NCBI RefSeq assembly: GCF_009914755.1
Contig: NC_060946.1
Reading direction: 5' to 3' (one strand)
Length of the DNA stretch: 64,000 nt
Source of the DNA: the human T2T-CHM13v2.0 reference genome, Homo sapiens
Shown: positions 1-14,500 of the stretch, in pieces
Layout of the letters: each line of letters starts with the position of its first letter
How positions within the stretch are numbered: position 1 is the first letter of the stretch
Program-made: the position numbers and the translations under genes
The notes under the pieces: generated by a model
The model's database searches: none
The model's input: only the letters and a program-made list of their open reading frames with translations
Told to the model about the DNA's origin: nothing

Positions 1-2794
1 GTAGACAGAGATGTACATCTACAAAAAATAAGAATAGCCTAGGAAAAACTGCCTCACCAAATGGAGAAAACAAGGTGTGAGCAACTGAACCTAAAGACAT
101 GGAAATGAATGATGTGGCAGACAAAAAAATTCAAATAGCTGTTTTTTTTAAAAAAAAAATCTGTGCACTTCAACAAAGTACAGAGAAACAATATGGAAAT
201 TTATGAGAAATTCAACAAAGAATTTAAAATAATGGGAAAAAATCAAATGGAAATCCTGGAGGTGGAAAGTTCAGTAAACAAACTGAAAAATGCACTACAG
301 GGCATCAAGAGCAGAACTGATCAAGCAGAAGAAAAAAAGCAGTGAGCTCAAAGACAGGCTCTTTGAAAATACACTGTCAGAGTAGAAAAGAGAAAAAAAA
401 TGAGAACAAAGAAAACTTATGAGATCCATGGGACACCATCAAAAAAACAAATCTACAGTGTTAAAGTGGAACTAAGAATGAAAAAGAGTTAGAAGCTTAT
501 TCAGAGAAATAACAGACAACTTTTTAAACTTGGAGAAGGATAAAGATGTTTAGGATGGCCAAAGCTCACTAATCTGATTTAATCTGAATAAGACAACCAC
601 AAGACACATTATAATTAAATTTTCAAACATCAAAAACAAAGAGTAGGTCCTGAAAGCATTAAGAAAAAGGAAGCATATAACACATAAGAGAATTCCAATG
701 TGCCTGACAGCAGACTTCTCAGCAGAAACAATATGGGCCAGGAGAGAGTAGGATAATAGAATCAAGTGCTGAAGAAAAAACTGTCAACCATGAATACAGT
801 ATCCAGCACAGATCTCATTTAGAAATGAAGGAGAGGTTAAAACATTCTAAGACAAACAGAAGATGAAGGAATTCATTGTAACCATACCTGCCTTAAAAGA
901 AATGTTAAAGAACAGTCTTCAAACTGAAAGAAAAGGTCACTAATATGTAATACCAAAAATTGGAAGGTATAAATCTGCAGTAAAAATAAATATTCAGACA
1001 AATTCAGGATGCTCTAATATAGTAAGAATTGAATGTAAACCACTTACTTTTTTTAGTAAGAAGGTTAAAATACAAAACAAAAACAATAACAACTAAAATA
1101 ATTTGTTAAGGGATAAGTGATATAAAAGATGTAAATTAAGACATCAAAAATGCAAAATGTGGGGGAGTGATTGAGTTAAAGAGCAGAGTGTTTGCTTTTC
1201 CCCATTTCTTATTATCAAAATTAAGTTGTTATCCATTCAAAATTACCTATTGAAACTATAAAATATTCTTCACATGCCTCATAGTAACCAAAAGGCAAAC
1301 ATTTTTATTAGATACACTAAAAATAAAATAACAAGAAACAAAAACACACAGAGAAAATCACTTAACTACAAAGGAAAACAACAAAGGGACAAAAAGGTGC
1401 AAAAATTCTAAAAGACAACAAGAAAACAGTATATGGCAGTACAAGTCCTTATCTATCAATAATTACCTTGAATGGAAATAGATTAAACTATCCAGTAAGA
1501 AGACAGAGAATGGGTAAATAGATTAAAAACAAGACCTAACTATATTCTTTCTACAAGAGACTCCAATCTCCTGTAAATACACACATAAATTGAAACTGAT
1601 CAGATGAAAAAATATATTTTATGATAATGGAAACCAAAGAATGCAGAAGTAGTTATATTTATATCAAATAAAATAGATTTCAAGTAAAACAACTGTAAAC
1701 ACAGACAAACAAGGCCATTATGTAATAATAAAAGGGTCAGTACAACAAGAGAATACAATAATTGTAAATATATAATGCACTCAACATTGGAGAACCTAAA
1801 TTTATAAAGCAAACATTAATAGATCTAAAAGGAGAGACAAAAAACTGAACAATAATAGTAAGAAACCTCGACATCCGGTTTTCCACAATGAACAGATCAT
1901 TGAGAGAGAATCTCAACAAAGAAACATTTAAACTGCACTCTAGATCAAAAGAATTTAACAGTTATTTACATAACATTTCATCCAACAATTGCATAATTTA
2001 CTGTCTTTTCACCTGCACATGGAATATTGTCCATGATAGATATATTAGACCACAAAACAAGTCTTAGCTATCAAAAAATCAAATCATATCATGTGTTTTT
2101 TTAACCATATGGAATAAAGCTAGAAATAAACAACAGGAGGAACTTCAGAAATTGTGAAATACATACAAATTAAACAACATATCCTTAAACAACTAATGGG
2201 TCAATGAAAAAAAATTAATTTTAAAAATGTCTGAAGACAAATAAAAATGAAATCAGAACATATGAAAACTTATGAAATACAGCAAAACAGTCCTTAGAGG
2301 GAAGTTTATAGCAATACATTTCTACATCAACAAAGAAGAAAGATAATGAATAAACCGTCTAACAATGTATTTCAAGGAACTATAAAATCAAGAACAAACT
2401 AGACCCAAATTAGCAAAAGAATATAAAGATCAGAGCACAAATATACAAAATGAAGACAAAAAATACAACGACTAATTAAATGAAGGAATCTTTTTTGAAA
2501 AGGTAAAATTGACAAATGTTTTGTCATACAAAGAAAAAAGGAGAAAATTCACATAAAATCAGAGATGAAAAAGGATATACTATGATAGACTCTAGAGAAA
2601 TATAAGGAATCATGAGTAAGTACTACAAACAATTATACGCCAATAAATTGAAAAACTTAGAAGGAATACGTATGCTCTGGACACTTATAACCTATCAAAA
2701 TTGAAGAAAGAAGAAAAAGAAAATGTGAACACACCAATGACAAATAATGAAATTGAAGGAGCAATTTAGGCTCTCAGTCAAGGAAAATCCAAAA

Positions 2795-3075
2795 GACTTC
2801 ACACAGTAGCTCACACCTGTAATCTCACAGTTTAGGAGCCCAAGGCAGGAGAATCACTAGAGGCCAGGAGTTCAAGATTAGCCTGGGCAACACAACGAGA
2901 CTCCATCTCTAAAAATAAAAATAAAAAGTCCCCAGGTATAGTGGTGTGTACTGGTACTCAGGAGGCTGAGGCAGGAGGATCACTTAAGACCAGGAGTTTG
3001 AGGCTGCAGTCAGCTATGACTGCACCACTGTATGCCAGCCTCAGTGATAGAGTGAGATTCTGTCTCTAACAAAAT
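2795..3075 (+). mobile_element. Alu (AluJ-like) inserted in the old L1
   Basis: gctcacacctgtaatc...aggagttcaag...ggaggctgaggcaggaggatcactt...gctgcagt; J-type diagnostics. Confidence 0.85.
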
Positions 3076-5310
3076 AGAGGAAGAAAGAAAAGTTCACAAC
3101 TTGGTGGTTTTCGCTGACAAATTCTACAAAACATTTAAAAAATTTATACAAATTATTTACAAACTATTTCAAAAAATGAAAAGGAGGGAACTCTTCCAAA
3201 CTCATTCTATGAAGACAGCATTTCCTGATTCCAAAATGAGACAAGAACAGCAAATAAAAGAAAACTCCAGGCCAATATCATTGATAAACATAGATGCAAA
3301 CATTCAAAACCAGCAGTTCTAGCAATGATATTTCAAAAGCACATTAAAAAGATTATCCACCATAATCAAATGGTATTTACCTGGGGAGGTAAGGATAGTC
3401 TAATACATGTAAATCAATAAAATGTGATACATCACATTAAACAATGAAGGATTAAAAACATGTAATCGTTTCAATAGATGCAGAAAAAGCACTTGACAAA
3501 ATTAGATATCCTTTTATGATCAAACCTTTTAACAAATTAGTTATAAAAGAACATAATAAAATAAAGACCATATGTGATAACCCACAGGCAACATTATACT
3601 GAATGGTGAAAACTTGAAAGCTTTGCCTCTAGGATCTGGAATAAGGCAAGGATGTTCACTTTAATCACTTTTTTCAACATAGTACTGGAAGTCCTAGTCA
3701 GAACAATTAGGTAAGAGAAAGAAATAAAGGCATCCAAATTGGAAAAAAAAAAGTCAAATTGTCCCTCTTTGCAGATGACATGATCATATATGTAAAAAAC
3801 CCTAAATACACCACTGAGAATCAGAAATAGTAAATGAATATAATAAGGTTTCAGGATACAAAAGCAACATAAAAAATCAGTAACATTTCTATACACCAAT
3901 AACAGACTATCTGAAAAAGGAATCAAGAAAGTAATCCCATTTAAAATAACTATTAAAAAAACAAAATACCTACAAGTAAATTAAGCCACAGAAAGATGAA
4001 AATTATTAAACATTGATAAAAACAATTAAAAAATTAAAATAAATAGAAAGATATCCCATGTTCATGGACTAAAAGAATTAATATTGTTGAAATGACCATA
4101 CTATGCAAATCAATCTATAAATCCAATATAATCTCTATCAAATTTCCAATTTCATTCTTCACAGATGTTAAAAAAATCTTAAAATTCATGTGAAACTGCA
4201 AAACACCCCAAATAGCCAAATAAATCTTAAGCAAAAAGAGCAATGCTAGAGGTATTACACTATCTAATTTCAAAATATATTACAAAGCTATCTTAACTAA
4301 AACAGCATGGTATTGGCATAAAAACAGGCATGTAGACCAGTGGAACAAAAATAGAGAACCCAGGCATAAAACCTCATATTACATGCAACTTATTTTTGAC
4401 AAAGGTGCAAACATTCAATTGGGAAAAGACAGTCTTTTCAACAAATGGTGCTGGGAAAGTGCATATCCACATACAAAAGAATGGAAGTAGACCCCTATCT
4501 CTCATCATATACAAAACTCAACTCAAAATAAATTAAATATTTAAATGTAAGACCCCAAACTATGAAACTAGTAGAAGAAAACTTAGGTAAAATGTTATAT
4601 GTCATTGGTCTGGGCAAGGACTTTTTAGAAAAGACATCAAAAGACATGCACAACAAAAGCAAAAATAAACAAATGGGATTACACCAAATAAAAACTTCTG
4701 CACTGCATAGGAAACAATCACAAGAGTGAAAACACAACCTACAAAATGGGAGAAAATATATGCAAACTCTTCACTTCATAAGGGGTTAATATCCCAAATT
4801 TATAGAAAACTCAAACAACTCAATAGCAAAAATACAAATTGGATTAGAAAATAGTCAAGACAGCTGAATAGACATTTCTCCAAATAAGACAAAAAAATCA
4901 CCAACAGATATATGAAAAAATGCTCACCATCACTAATAATCAGAGAAATGCAAGTTAAATCCACAGTGAGATATCATCTTACCCTGCTTAGAATGCTTTT
5001 TATGAAAAAGTCAAAAAATAACAAATGCTGGCAAGGATGTGAAGAAAGGGGAATTTTCATAAACTGTTGGTGGAAATGTAAATTAGAGCAATTGTTATGG
5101 AAAACAATATAACTTCCAAAAACGTTAAAAATAGACTTATCACAAAATCCAACAATCCCACTACTGGGTATATATTCAAAGAATATTAAATCAGTATGTC
5201 AAAGAGATTTCTGGACTCTCATGTTAATTACAGCACTATTCACAATAGCCTAGAATCAACCTAAGTGTCCATCAATGAATGAATGGAGAAAGAAAATGTG
5301 GCATATATGC

Positions 5311-5600
5311 TGTATTTGGCCATTCTTGCATTGCTATAAAGAAATACCTGAGATTGGATAATTTATAAGAAAAGAGACATAATTGGCTCCTGGTTCCATG
5401 GGCTGTACAGGGAGCATAATGCCAACATCTGCTTGACTAGTCAGGAAGCTTGGGAACTCGTTCACTATCATGTGGATATCACCAAGCCATGAGGGATCCA
5501 CCTCCATGACCCAAACACCCTCTACCAGGCTCAATCTCTAACAGTGGGGATTACAATATAACATGAGATATGGGTCAGGACAAATATCCAAACTATATCA
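5311..5600 (-). mobile_element. MaLR solo LTR (MST-type)
   Basis: tgtatt...ccattcttgcattgctataaagaaatacctgag...ccaaactatatca; 5-bp TSD TATGC at 5306-5310 and 5601-5605. Confidence 0.85.
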
Positions 5601-7024
5601 TATGCACATTTGGCCATAATGAAGAGTAAAATCGTGTCACTTGTGACAACATGAATGAGCATAGACGACATTGTGGTAAGTGAAATAAGCTAACCATGGT
5701 AAGACAAATATCATATGATCTCATTCATATGTGAAATCTAAAAACACTGATCTACTAGAGAGTAGAAGAGTGGTTACCAGACTGGGAAAGATAGGGAGGA
5801 GAGGTTTTAACAATGTGTCATGTATCAAAATACCACATTGTACCCCATCAACATGTGAAATTATCATGTATTCACTTAATAAAAGAAAAGAAAAAAGAAA
5901 ATGGAAGAGTCAAGATACTGGGGCACTGGAAGAGATAGAAGAGAAGGTGAGTTGGCAGTAAGGAAGAGAGAGTCTGAAAGAGCATGTCACAGAGTGGAAC
6001 ATTAAAGTTTATAACATTAGAAATCAATTTTTAAGTTATTGAAAAGTTAAGTTTATAGCCATGAAAGTGAGTAGCTCAATTGAAGTGAAAGTAAAAGTCA
6101 ATGAAAGATTAAATTAGAAAATATATTGCTTGGCATTTAGTAATTACTTCAGAAATATTAATAAATCTTAAGAAAATTAAGAACACCAAAGCATTCATGG
6201 TGGGCCATTATCATAATACGAATTTATGTGGTAATATCTTATTCTTTCCAGTGAAGGGAGTAATTCAACAGTCTTGATTACAGGTTAGAAAATGATTTCT
6301 CCAGGTGTGACCTACTGACCACATTCATTGTATTTGAATTGCTTGAGCAATTTGTTTCAGGAGAAAATGGAAAGATTTTAAGATGGACCAACGAAATTAC
6401 CACTGAGTGTCTTTAATGGAAATCTCATCCTTGTCTAGAATAACCTGGGTTATCTGTTTCTATGGGGTCTCTGTGCCTTTTGTTTTCTTTGTTATTTGCA
6501 ATTCTGTTAGTTGTAGATTACTGATAGTAATGCAAATATTCTTGTCTATAGACAGGCAAATGATTGATTTTGGTGGAAGTATAATTAATTTTCCTTTTTC
6601 CACCTTCCATCAAGAAGTCAGTTTTGAACCTATCAAGCAAATTTATTTCAGTGTTCCTTAGTGCCTAGATTGTGTGGCTCTTAATTTTCCATAAAACTTA
6701 GCATAACATCTTACTGGCTCCCTCATTAAATAAATGAGTTAAAAATCTTAGACAAGTGTTCATTTTATAATTGTAAGTCATAATTTACCCTATTTTAAGC
6801 AATTTACCTTTATCATTCCTAAAAATCCAGATTACTATGTCCCATGCTAGACCTATAGAATCAAAATCTCAGGCCTAAGGCACAAGAATTTACATTGTTA
6901 GTAAGATTTTCAAGTGATTTTTAGGCATACTAAATTGTATTAACCTTTACCATTCTAATTCTTTAAACTGGAATTATTGTATTTATAATTCCATCTTCAT
7001 CAAATTAAACTTTTGGTTAGCAAA

Positions 7025-7995
<971 letters not shown>

Positions 7996-8024
7996 CTTAA
8001 TTTGTAAAGTGAATGTTCTAAAAC

Positions 8025-8200
8025 TGGGTTCACTTTTGCTATAAAGGACCAGATGATAAATGTTTTAGGCTTTGTGAACCATACGGTCTCTATAGCAACC
8101 ATTCAACTCTACCATTGTAGCAGGAAAGCACCATAGATCCATAGATGTGCTCCAATAAAACTTTATTAAAACAGGCAGCTGGTCTGAGGGCCATGTATAT
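8025..8200 (+). mobile_element. MER58A-like hAT-Charlie DNA transposon
   Basis: taaaggaccagatgataaatgttttaggctttg...ccatacggtctct...tccaataaaactttatt matches the MER58A consensus. Confidence 0.75.
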
Positions 8201-9474
8201 ATCTTGCTGTTTTCATACAATTTTCTAAGTTAGTAGTTCCCTACCTTTTTAACAATCAAGGATTACTTTTAATCCTCTCCTCTGATTTTATGTTTCAAAA
8301 GCCTTAAGAAAACCCCACAAAATATATTTATTTTGTAACTTTGGGGGGGTTCTTATTTTACTAATAAGTAATCAATGATATATAAAGGCTACCCACTAGG
8401 TCAGTATGAAATAATCAACATTATTAACTCTAATGACTTAGTTCTGGATAGAAATAAAAAGTATTCAACTATATATATATAACTTAAAACCTATATAGCT
8501 TTTTCTGGTGTAAATATATAACTTTTCGAGATTTTTCAAGTATTAAATAAAACTTTTGGAAATCCTCACACCTGGCTCCCTATGATGACATTCAAGAATT
8601 CTTAGGATTCTGGGAATCTTAGAATGAAAGTCACTGCTCTGTAGGAATGAATGAAAGAATAAGAAAGGGAAGGAAGAAGAAAGAGCATGTTTACTAAATG
8701 TAAATCATCAAGGAACGTTTATTTTATTAATAAATTTGTCAACTTTAGGTTGTCAAATCTAACAAGATACCAACATGGCATTCATGGTGATCACACCTCT
8801 AGTCAAATTTTATTTTAGTTCATTGACTATAGTATTAATATCCTGAAATACTCAAAAATTCTGTCCTAATTCTGTGAATAATTCACTTATTAATCACCCT
8901 ATACACTACTTAATGAATGGAATGGTGCTTGGAATAAAGATAATTACAGGGCTAAAAGGGTTTTCTCTAGAGGCAGGTTATAAGATTTTGTTGTCTGATT
9001 GGATTAAAACAAAATTAATCAATATTTTCTGCAACCAGTGGCTTTTGACTTAGTGGTCTATTAATATCTATCAATCACTATAACCTCAGTCCTATTTCCT
9101 CCATTCTTCTTTTTGCTATCATAAAAATTTGTCCATTTTTTTTCCTGTTAGATCTATATGTTTCTCCTCTTTTCTTTTCATCCAAACAACTGGACATCAA
9201 CTTAGTACAGATAGTGCAATTGATCCAAACCCTATGGAACTCACTGTTTCCATTTACATAACTTACATAACTGTCAAGCTGAAATCACTCTCAAATTTTT
9301 TTAATTCAAAATTTTAATTTCATTTAATCATATTTATTTATTCATTAATTTATTTTGAAAATAATTTTAACTTGTATTTTACATTCAGGGGTACATGTGC
9401 CAGTTTGTTACATGGGTATATCTCATAATGCTGAGTTTTGGGGCATGAATGATCCCATCATCCAGATGCTGATT

Positions 9475-9856
9475 TGGTATGGTTTGACTCTGTGTCCCCA
9501 CCCAAATCTCATGTTGAATTATAATTCCCAATGTAGGGGGAATGACCTGGTGGGAGGTGATTAGCTCATGAGAGCAGACTTTCCCCTTGCTGTTCTTAGA
9601 TGGTAAGTGAGTTCTCTTGAGATCTGTTGGTTTAAACATATGGCACATCGCCCCTGGCTCACTTGCTCTCCTGCCGCCATGGTAGAACGTGCCTTGCTTC
9701 CCCCTTCACCTTCTGCCATGATTATAAGTTTCCTGAAGGCTCCCAGCCATGCTTCCTGTACAGCCTGTGGAACTGTGAGTCAGTTAAACCTCTTTTCTTT
9801 ATAAATTACCCAGTCTCGGGTAGTTCTATATAGCAGTGTGAGAACAGATTAATACA
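9475..9856 (+). mobile_element. MaLR solo LTR (THE1/MST type)
   Basis: tggtatggtttgactctgtgtccccacccaaatctc...ataaattacccagtctcggg...attaataca. Confidence 0.85.
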
Positions 9857-10114
9857 TGAGCATAGTACCCAATAGTTAGTTTGTCAAACCTTGCCTTCCT
9901 CCTTCTCCCCTCTAGTAGTCCCAGTGTTTATTCTTTCCATCTTTATGTCCATAAGTACCCAGTGTTTAGCTCCCACTTATAAGTGAGATCATGTGGTATT
10001 TCGTTTTGTATTCCTGCATTAATTTACTTAGGATAATGGCCTTCAGCTGCATCCATGTTGCTTCAAAGGACAAGATTTTGTTATTTTTATGGCTTCATAG
10101 TATTCCATGGTGTG

Positions 10115-10523
10115 TGAAATGGTTAGGAAGGTGGCCCCTATAAATCTCATGGTAAAATGTAATCCTCAGGGTTGGAGGTGGGGCCTGGTAGGAGATGTTT
10201 AGGTCATGGGGGTGGATCTCTCATGATCTGATACCGTCCTTGTGATAGCGAATTCTTTCAAGATCTGGTTGTGTAAGGGTGTGTGCTGCTTACCCGCACT
10301 CCCATTCTCTCTTGCTCCTGCTCTGGCCATATGATAAGCCTACTCCCTCTTCACCTTCCATCATGAGGAAAAGCTCCCTGCAGACTCCACAGGTGCAATC
10401 AGATGCCGTCACCATGCTTCCTTTACTGCCTGCAGAGCTATGAGCCAATTAAATCTCTTTTCCTTATAAGTTACCTAGTCTCAGGTATTTCTTCATAGCA
10501 ATGCAAGAATGGCCTAATAATAC
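10115..10523 (+). mobile_element. MaLR solo LTR (MST type)
   Basis: aaatctcatgg...ggttggaggtggggcctgg...gtctcaggtatttcttcatagcaatgcaagaatggcctaata. Confidence 0.8.
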
Positions 10524-11664
10524 TGTGTGGATGTACCACATTTTATTGATCCAATCCACTGTTGATGGGCACCTAGGCTGAGTCCATGTCTTTGCTATTG
10601 TGAATAGTGCCACGATGAACATGCAAGTGCATATGTCTTTTTGGTAGAATAATTGACTTTCTTTGGGTCATATACCAGTAATGGAATTGTTGGCTTGAAA
10701 GGTAATTCTATTTTAAATTCTTTGAGAAATTTCCAAACTGCTTTCAACAGTGGCTGAACTAATTTACATTCGCACCAATTATGTGTAAATGTTCCCTTTT
10801 CTCCAGAGCCTCCCAAGATCTGTTGTTTTTCGATTTTTTAATAGTAGCTATTCTGACTGGTATAGGATAGTATCTCGTTTTGGTTTTGATTTGCACTTCT
10901 CTCATGATTAGTGATGTTAAGCCTAATCTCTGCCACCTGAAAACTGGGAAAATACAGTGTCACTTGTCAAAATAAATTGTTTTACTTTGCTTTAAAAACA
11001 ATCAATTGAGTAGTATATTTCTTCCAGCAAAATTAAGAAGTAAACATTCAGAAATGTACAGTACCTTGCTGTTAAGTCTTCGCACAAGTATACCAATCCA
11101 ACATAAAGGCCATCTTAAACTTTCATTTGAAATGAAAGACAATTTTTAAGAGGTTAAGGGCTAGTAATTTGTTAAAGTCCTGAAGTTAAATCAGCTCAAG
11201 TAAATAAAAAGACTTTCTTTTAATTAAAGCCTTTTAAATGAACACTTTAAAGCATAGCTGGTTTCTCCCTCAAATCTTGTCCAAAGCCACTGTTTACAAC
11301 TCAGTATATCAAAGAAGATTTCAGACATGATTGTTAAGCTCCCTCAACTTACAATGTGCTATTTGCAACCCTAGATGGCTATCATTCTGACTTTTCTACC
11401 TTTTAGCAACAATAAGCACACCATTCCCATTTCTCCCCCACCCTGACTTACCCCTCTTTGCATTTAATATATAATTTTTCTCAGAGTGTTCTTACACATC
11501 TTTAACGTAAATATGACAAAAGCACACAGTATAGTACATGTGCCACATGTATAAATGTTGTATCTAGTCATACAATTTTCCTTGTAAAAAAGAAATATTT
11601 TAATTTCAAAAACAAAGACTCTAGGAATCTTTTCTAGCTGCCAGTCATAAAAACGTAAATTCCT

Positions 11665-11835
11665 GGTTAGATTCCCAAATTTGCCTGACCATAAGAACCA
11701 CTTGTGATACCTGTCAAACACATGTATTCTGAGTCCCATCCGTGATCTCCTGAATCAGAATCAGCAGATGAGAGGCCTGGGAATACACATTTTAAACAAA
11801 CGTCCACAGTGATTACGATTAGTCAAGCTTGAAAA
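11665..11835. mobile_element. MER5-family DNA transposon remnant
   Basis: tgaatcagaatc...aggcctgggaatacacattttaaacaa pattern typical of MER5A/MER5B. Confidence 0.55.
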
Positions 11836-13121
11836 AAATTTCACTAGGATTTTTATGACTGAATAACCTCACAAACATAGGAAAGTTACTGGAGAAAAAT
11901 ATGGGCAGAATTTCAGAATTCTGCCTTTGCTGAAAGTGTTTGTTCCCTCCTCCTCTACTCATCAAGACCTGACTGCTTATGTAACTCCCCCAAACCACCA
12001 ACACCTGGAAGGAGTTGAAAATGATTTTAATGAAGAAGAAAAGCTGATGTTTAATTTCAAAACTGACGGTGACAATAGAAGGGAGAGGCATGAATTCATC
12101 TTGATTCTAACACAAAGCATTGTATTTGAGTCTACAAATGAAATTGGTTTCATTTTTATTTTTTGTAAGTTTTTGCCAAACTCTATGCATATATAGAGGC
12201 TGGGCAAGAAAGAAAGAAATCCAGAAATATGGCATATGCCATCCCTTATTTATTTCCCCATGGGACCAGCCAACAGCTTTTTCACCTAGTCCCTGCTTCA
12301 AGCTGACTTTGTGTCTACTTCTCTATCAGAAATGGAGCTTCCCTAAAGACTGCCTCAATGTCAGTTACCCAGAGGCCTTTTTTCCATCTTGTGCTCCTAA
12401 ACTTCTATGATATTAAATGATATTACCCTTTCTGGAAATTCTCCTTAGCTTTGATTTTATAATTTTACTCTAACTCTGTTTCATTCCTTCTTTTATAGCC
12501 TTTCTTTTCTCTATCCCTTTACTGCAGACATGTTGTACAGCTTTGTTCTTGACCTTCTGATATCTCCACATTCATTCCCTCAGAGCATGTATCCATTTTT
12601 TTGGTGTCGGCATTCCTGACTATCTGATTATTACCATCATATAACGATGTTGGTGATGAGCATAGCTAACATATCCTAGGCATTTTCCATGTAGGTTATA
12701 ATAAGCACCCTATATAAATCGTACCATTTAATTCTTCAACCCTAAATGGTACTATTACTAACCACATTGTATGAGATGAAGACACTGAGATTTTCATCAA
12801 AACCATGGAAAGCCAACGTGAGGAGCCCCTGTGTGTCTCCTTTGTTAATGTCTCTGGGCATCATGGCATGTGGATTGCCATGGAATGGGGATTAGGAAGG
12901 GCAGCACTGTGAAAACACCAGAAAATATGTTATGATAGTGGGTAAGGACGCTCATCTCTGCACATTGAGATGGTTTTGTTTCTGAGTCAGGTTTGAGATG
13001 AGCCAATCCTGACTCCGTGGTGCTACCAGGGATCACGAATTTAATAAGATCTTCGTGGATGCTTGGAACCCAACTGGTCTGTTTTCTACTTTAAGGAAAG
13101 AGTCACAGCTTGAGTGGGGTG

Positions 13122-13193
13122 GTTTTGGTGTCACATACGCTATCAATAATACCCACCGTTTTGGTGTCACATACGCGATTAATAATACCCACC
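13122..13193. repeat. 36-bp tandem duplication (2 copies, 2 mismatches)
   Basis: gttttggtgtcacatacgctatcaataatacccacc / gttttggtgtcacatacgcgattaataatacccacc. Confidence 0.95.
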
Positions 13194-13349
13194 GCTGCAG
13201 AGGAATCACCGTGGACTACTCCTCATTTCATCCCGTACCCTTGCGATGGATCCCTCTCACCTGTTTACTGATTTCATTCAAATTCTTCAGCGACCACTGG
13301 ACCCCGACTTGCCTTCTCTATCCTGGTTCCCATCACTCTGCTTTACAGG

Positions 13350-14500
13350 CCTCGCCTGCTCGCGGCTCCTCACACCAGCGCTGCACGACTCCCTCCACGC
13401 CTCTGCCCTGTTTCCTCCATCAGACAGGGCTAGCTTCCTCCATCTCTATAGGGAAAAAGCCTGCCCAGAGTTCAAGACCCTCCTCAGATGCCGCCTCCAC
13501 GATTAGGCTTCTTCCTGACCCCTGAGCCTGTAACACGCGCCTGTAACTCTCCACCTCAGCCCACATTCCCACAGCACTCGCGACGTCCGCGGCCCTCAAC
13601 ATGGCGCTTCATTCTATTTTAGGGTATTTCCTGCTTGTTTCCTGCACACACAGTCGCGCGAGGCACAGCCCCGAGTGACCCAGGCACGAGTGGCCAGCGC
13701 TTCCAGACGCGCCGCCGCAGGCCGGCGAGGGAAGCCTGAGACGCTTCCTGCCCCCGCGGGGACCTTCGCCAGCCCGCAGCTCTAGCGGGAGGCGGTTCCA
13801 CAGCGAGCCCGGCAGTCCCGCCACCGTCAGCACCCCCGCCTCGGGAGGGCTTTCCCCACCTCTGGGAGGCACGAATCCTCAGGGGCTCCTTGGGAGGTCG
13901 CCAGGGAGCAGCTGCGTACGGACACCTTTCGGCCCTCTGCGGCCGCCGTAGCTCCCCGGCAGAAACCCGGAAGTGGAAATCTCAGGCATTCAGCGTTTGG
14001 GTGAAGACGAAGGCAGGTTCTGGACAGACTTACGCTGTCAGGGAGTGTTGACTTCGCCTCCACTTCTGTTCCTCCCCGCCGTGGTGCTGCTCCGGGTCAC
14101 ATATCGTTCTGAGCCAGCTTCAGCCTCTCCGCGCAGAAGTCTCCCAGAGCCATGGCCGAGTACTCTTATGTGAAGTCTACCAAGCTTGTGCATAAGGGAA
14201 CCAAGGCGAAGAGGTGGGTCCTGCAGCTCCGGCGGGAGCCTCCTCAGTTCTTTTCGGACGCACTCCACCCGCTCGAATCTGGTGGAAGCCGTGGCACGGA
14301 GAGCCGGCTTTGTGGCCTCCCAGGCTTTGCCCTGGCCCCTGTCCGGGCTGGACGGAGGCCGGACCACGGTTCCTGGCGCCTGTGCAGAGAGGGGCAGCCT
14401 CCCGCGCGGACGACCCTGGAAACAGGATAGATGGGCGGGTGACCCGTGGCCCCGTACCCACGAGTTTCGGTCCCCTGAGGCATCTCTCCAGGCCTCTGCC
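13350..14500. promoter_or_regulatory. CpG-island promoter of the FRG1 copy with ETS/GABP and YY1 motifs
   Basis: GC/CpG-rich block spanning exon 1; CCGGAAGTG at 13967-13975; AACATGGCG at 13598-13606. Confidence 0.85.
14152..14213 (+). pseudogene. FRG1: FRG1 exon 1, coding part
   Basis: gccATGG Kozak; MAEYSYVKSTKLVHKGTKAK; donor AG|gtgggt. Confidence 0.95.

Larger units (their letters stand above)
1..5900 (+). mobile_element. Old, degenerate near full-length LINE-1 (L1M/L1MA class), interrupted by an Alu and a MaLR LTR
   Basis: ORF1-like remnants (163-345), ORF2-like remnants (e.g. RPISLINIDA at 3101-3322; LIIREMQVKSTVRYHLT at 4912-5112), 3' end with A-rich tail near 5880-5900; many stops and frameshifts. 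Confidence 0.85.
9355..10920 (-). mobile_element. L1 3' end (older L1PA/L1PB) interrupted by two MaLR LTRs
   Basis: Reverse L1 3' UTR (gggtacatgtgc...gttacatgggtata) and ORF2 C-terminus (10595-10816: CKLVQPLLKAVWKFLKE). Confidence 0.85.

Noticed and set aside
11927-12196. Acidic ORF segment upstream of the promoter as a coding exon
   Set aside because: No recognisable homology, non-ATG start, no supported splice context
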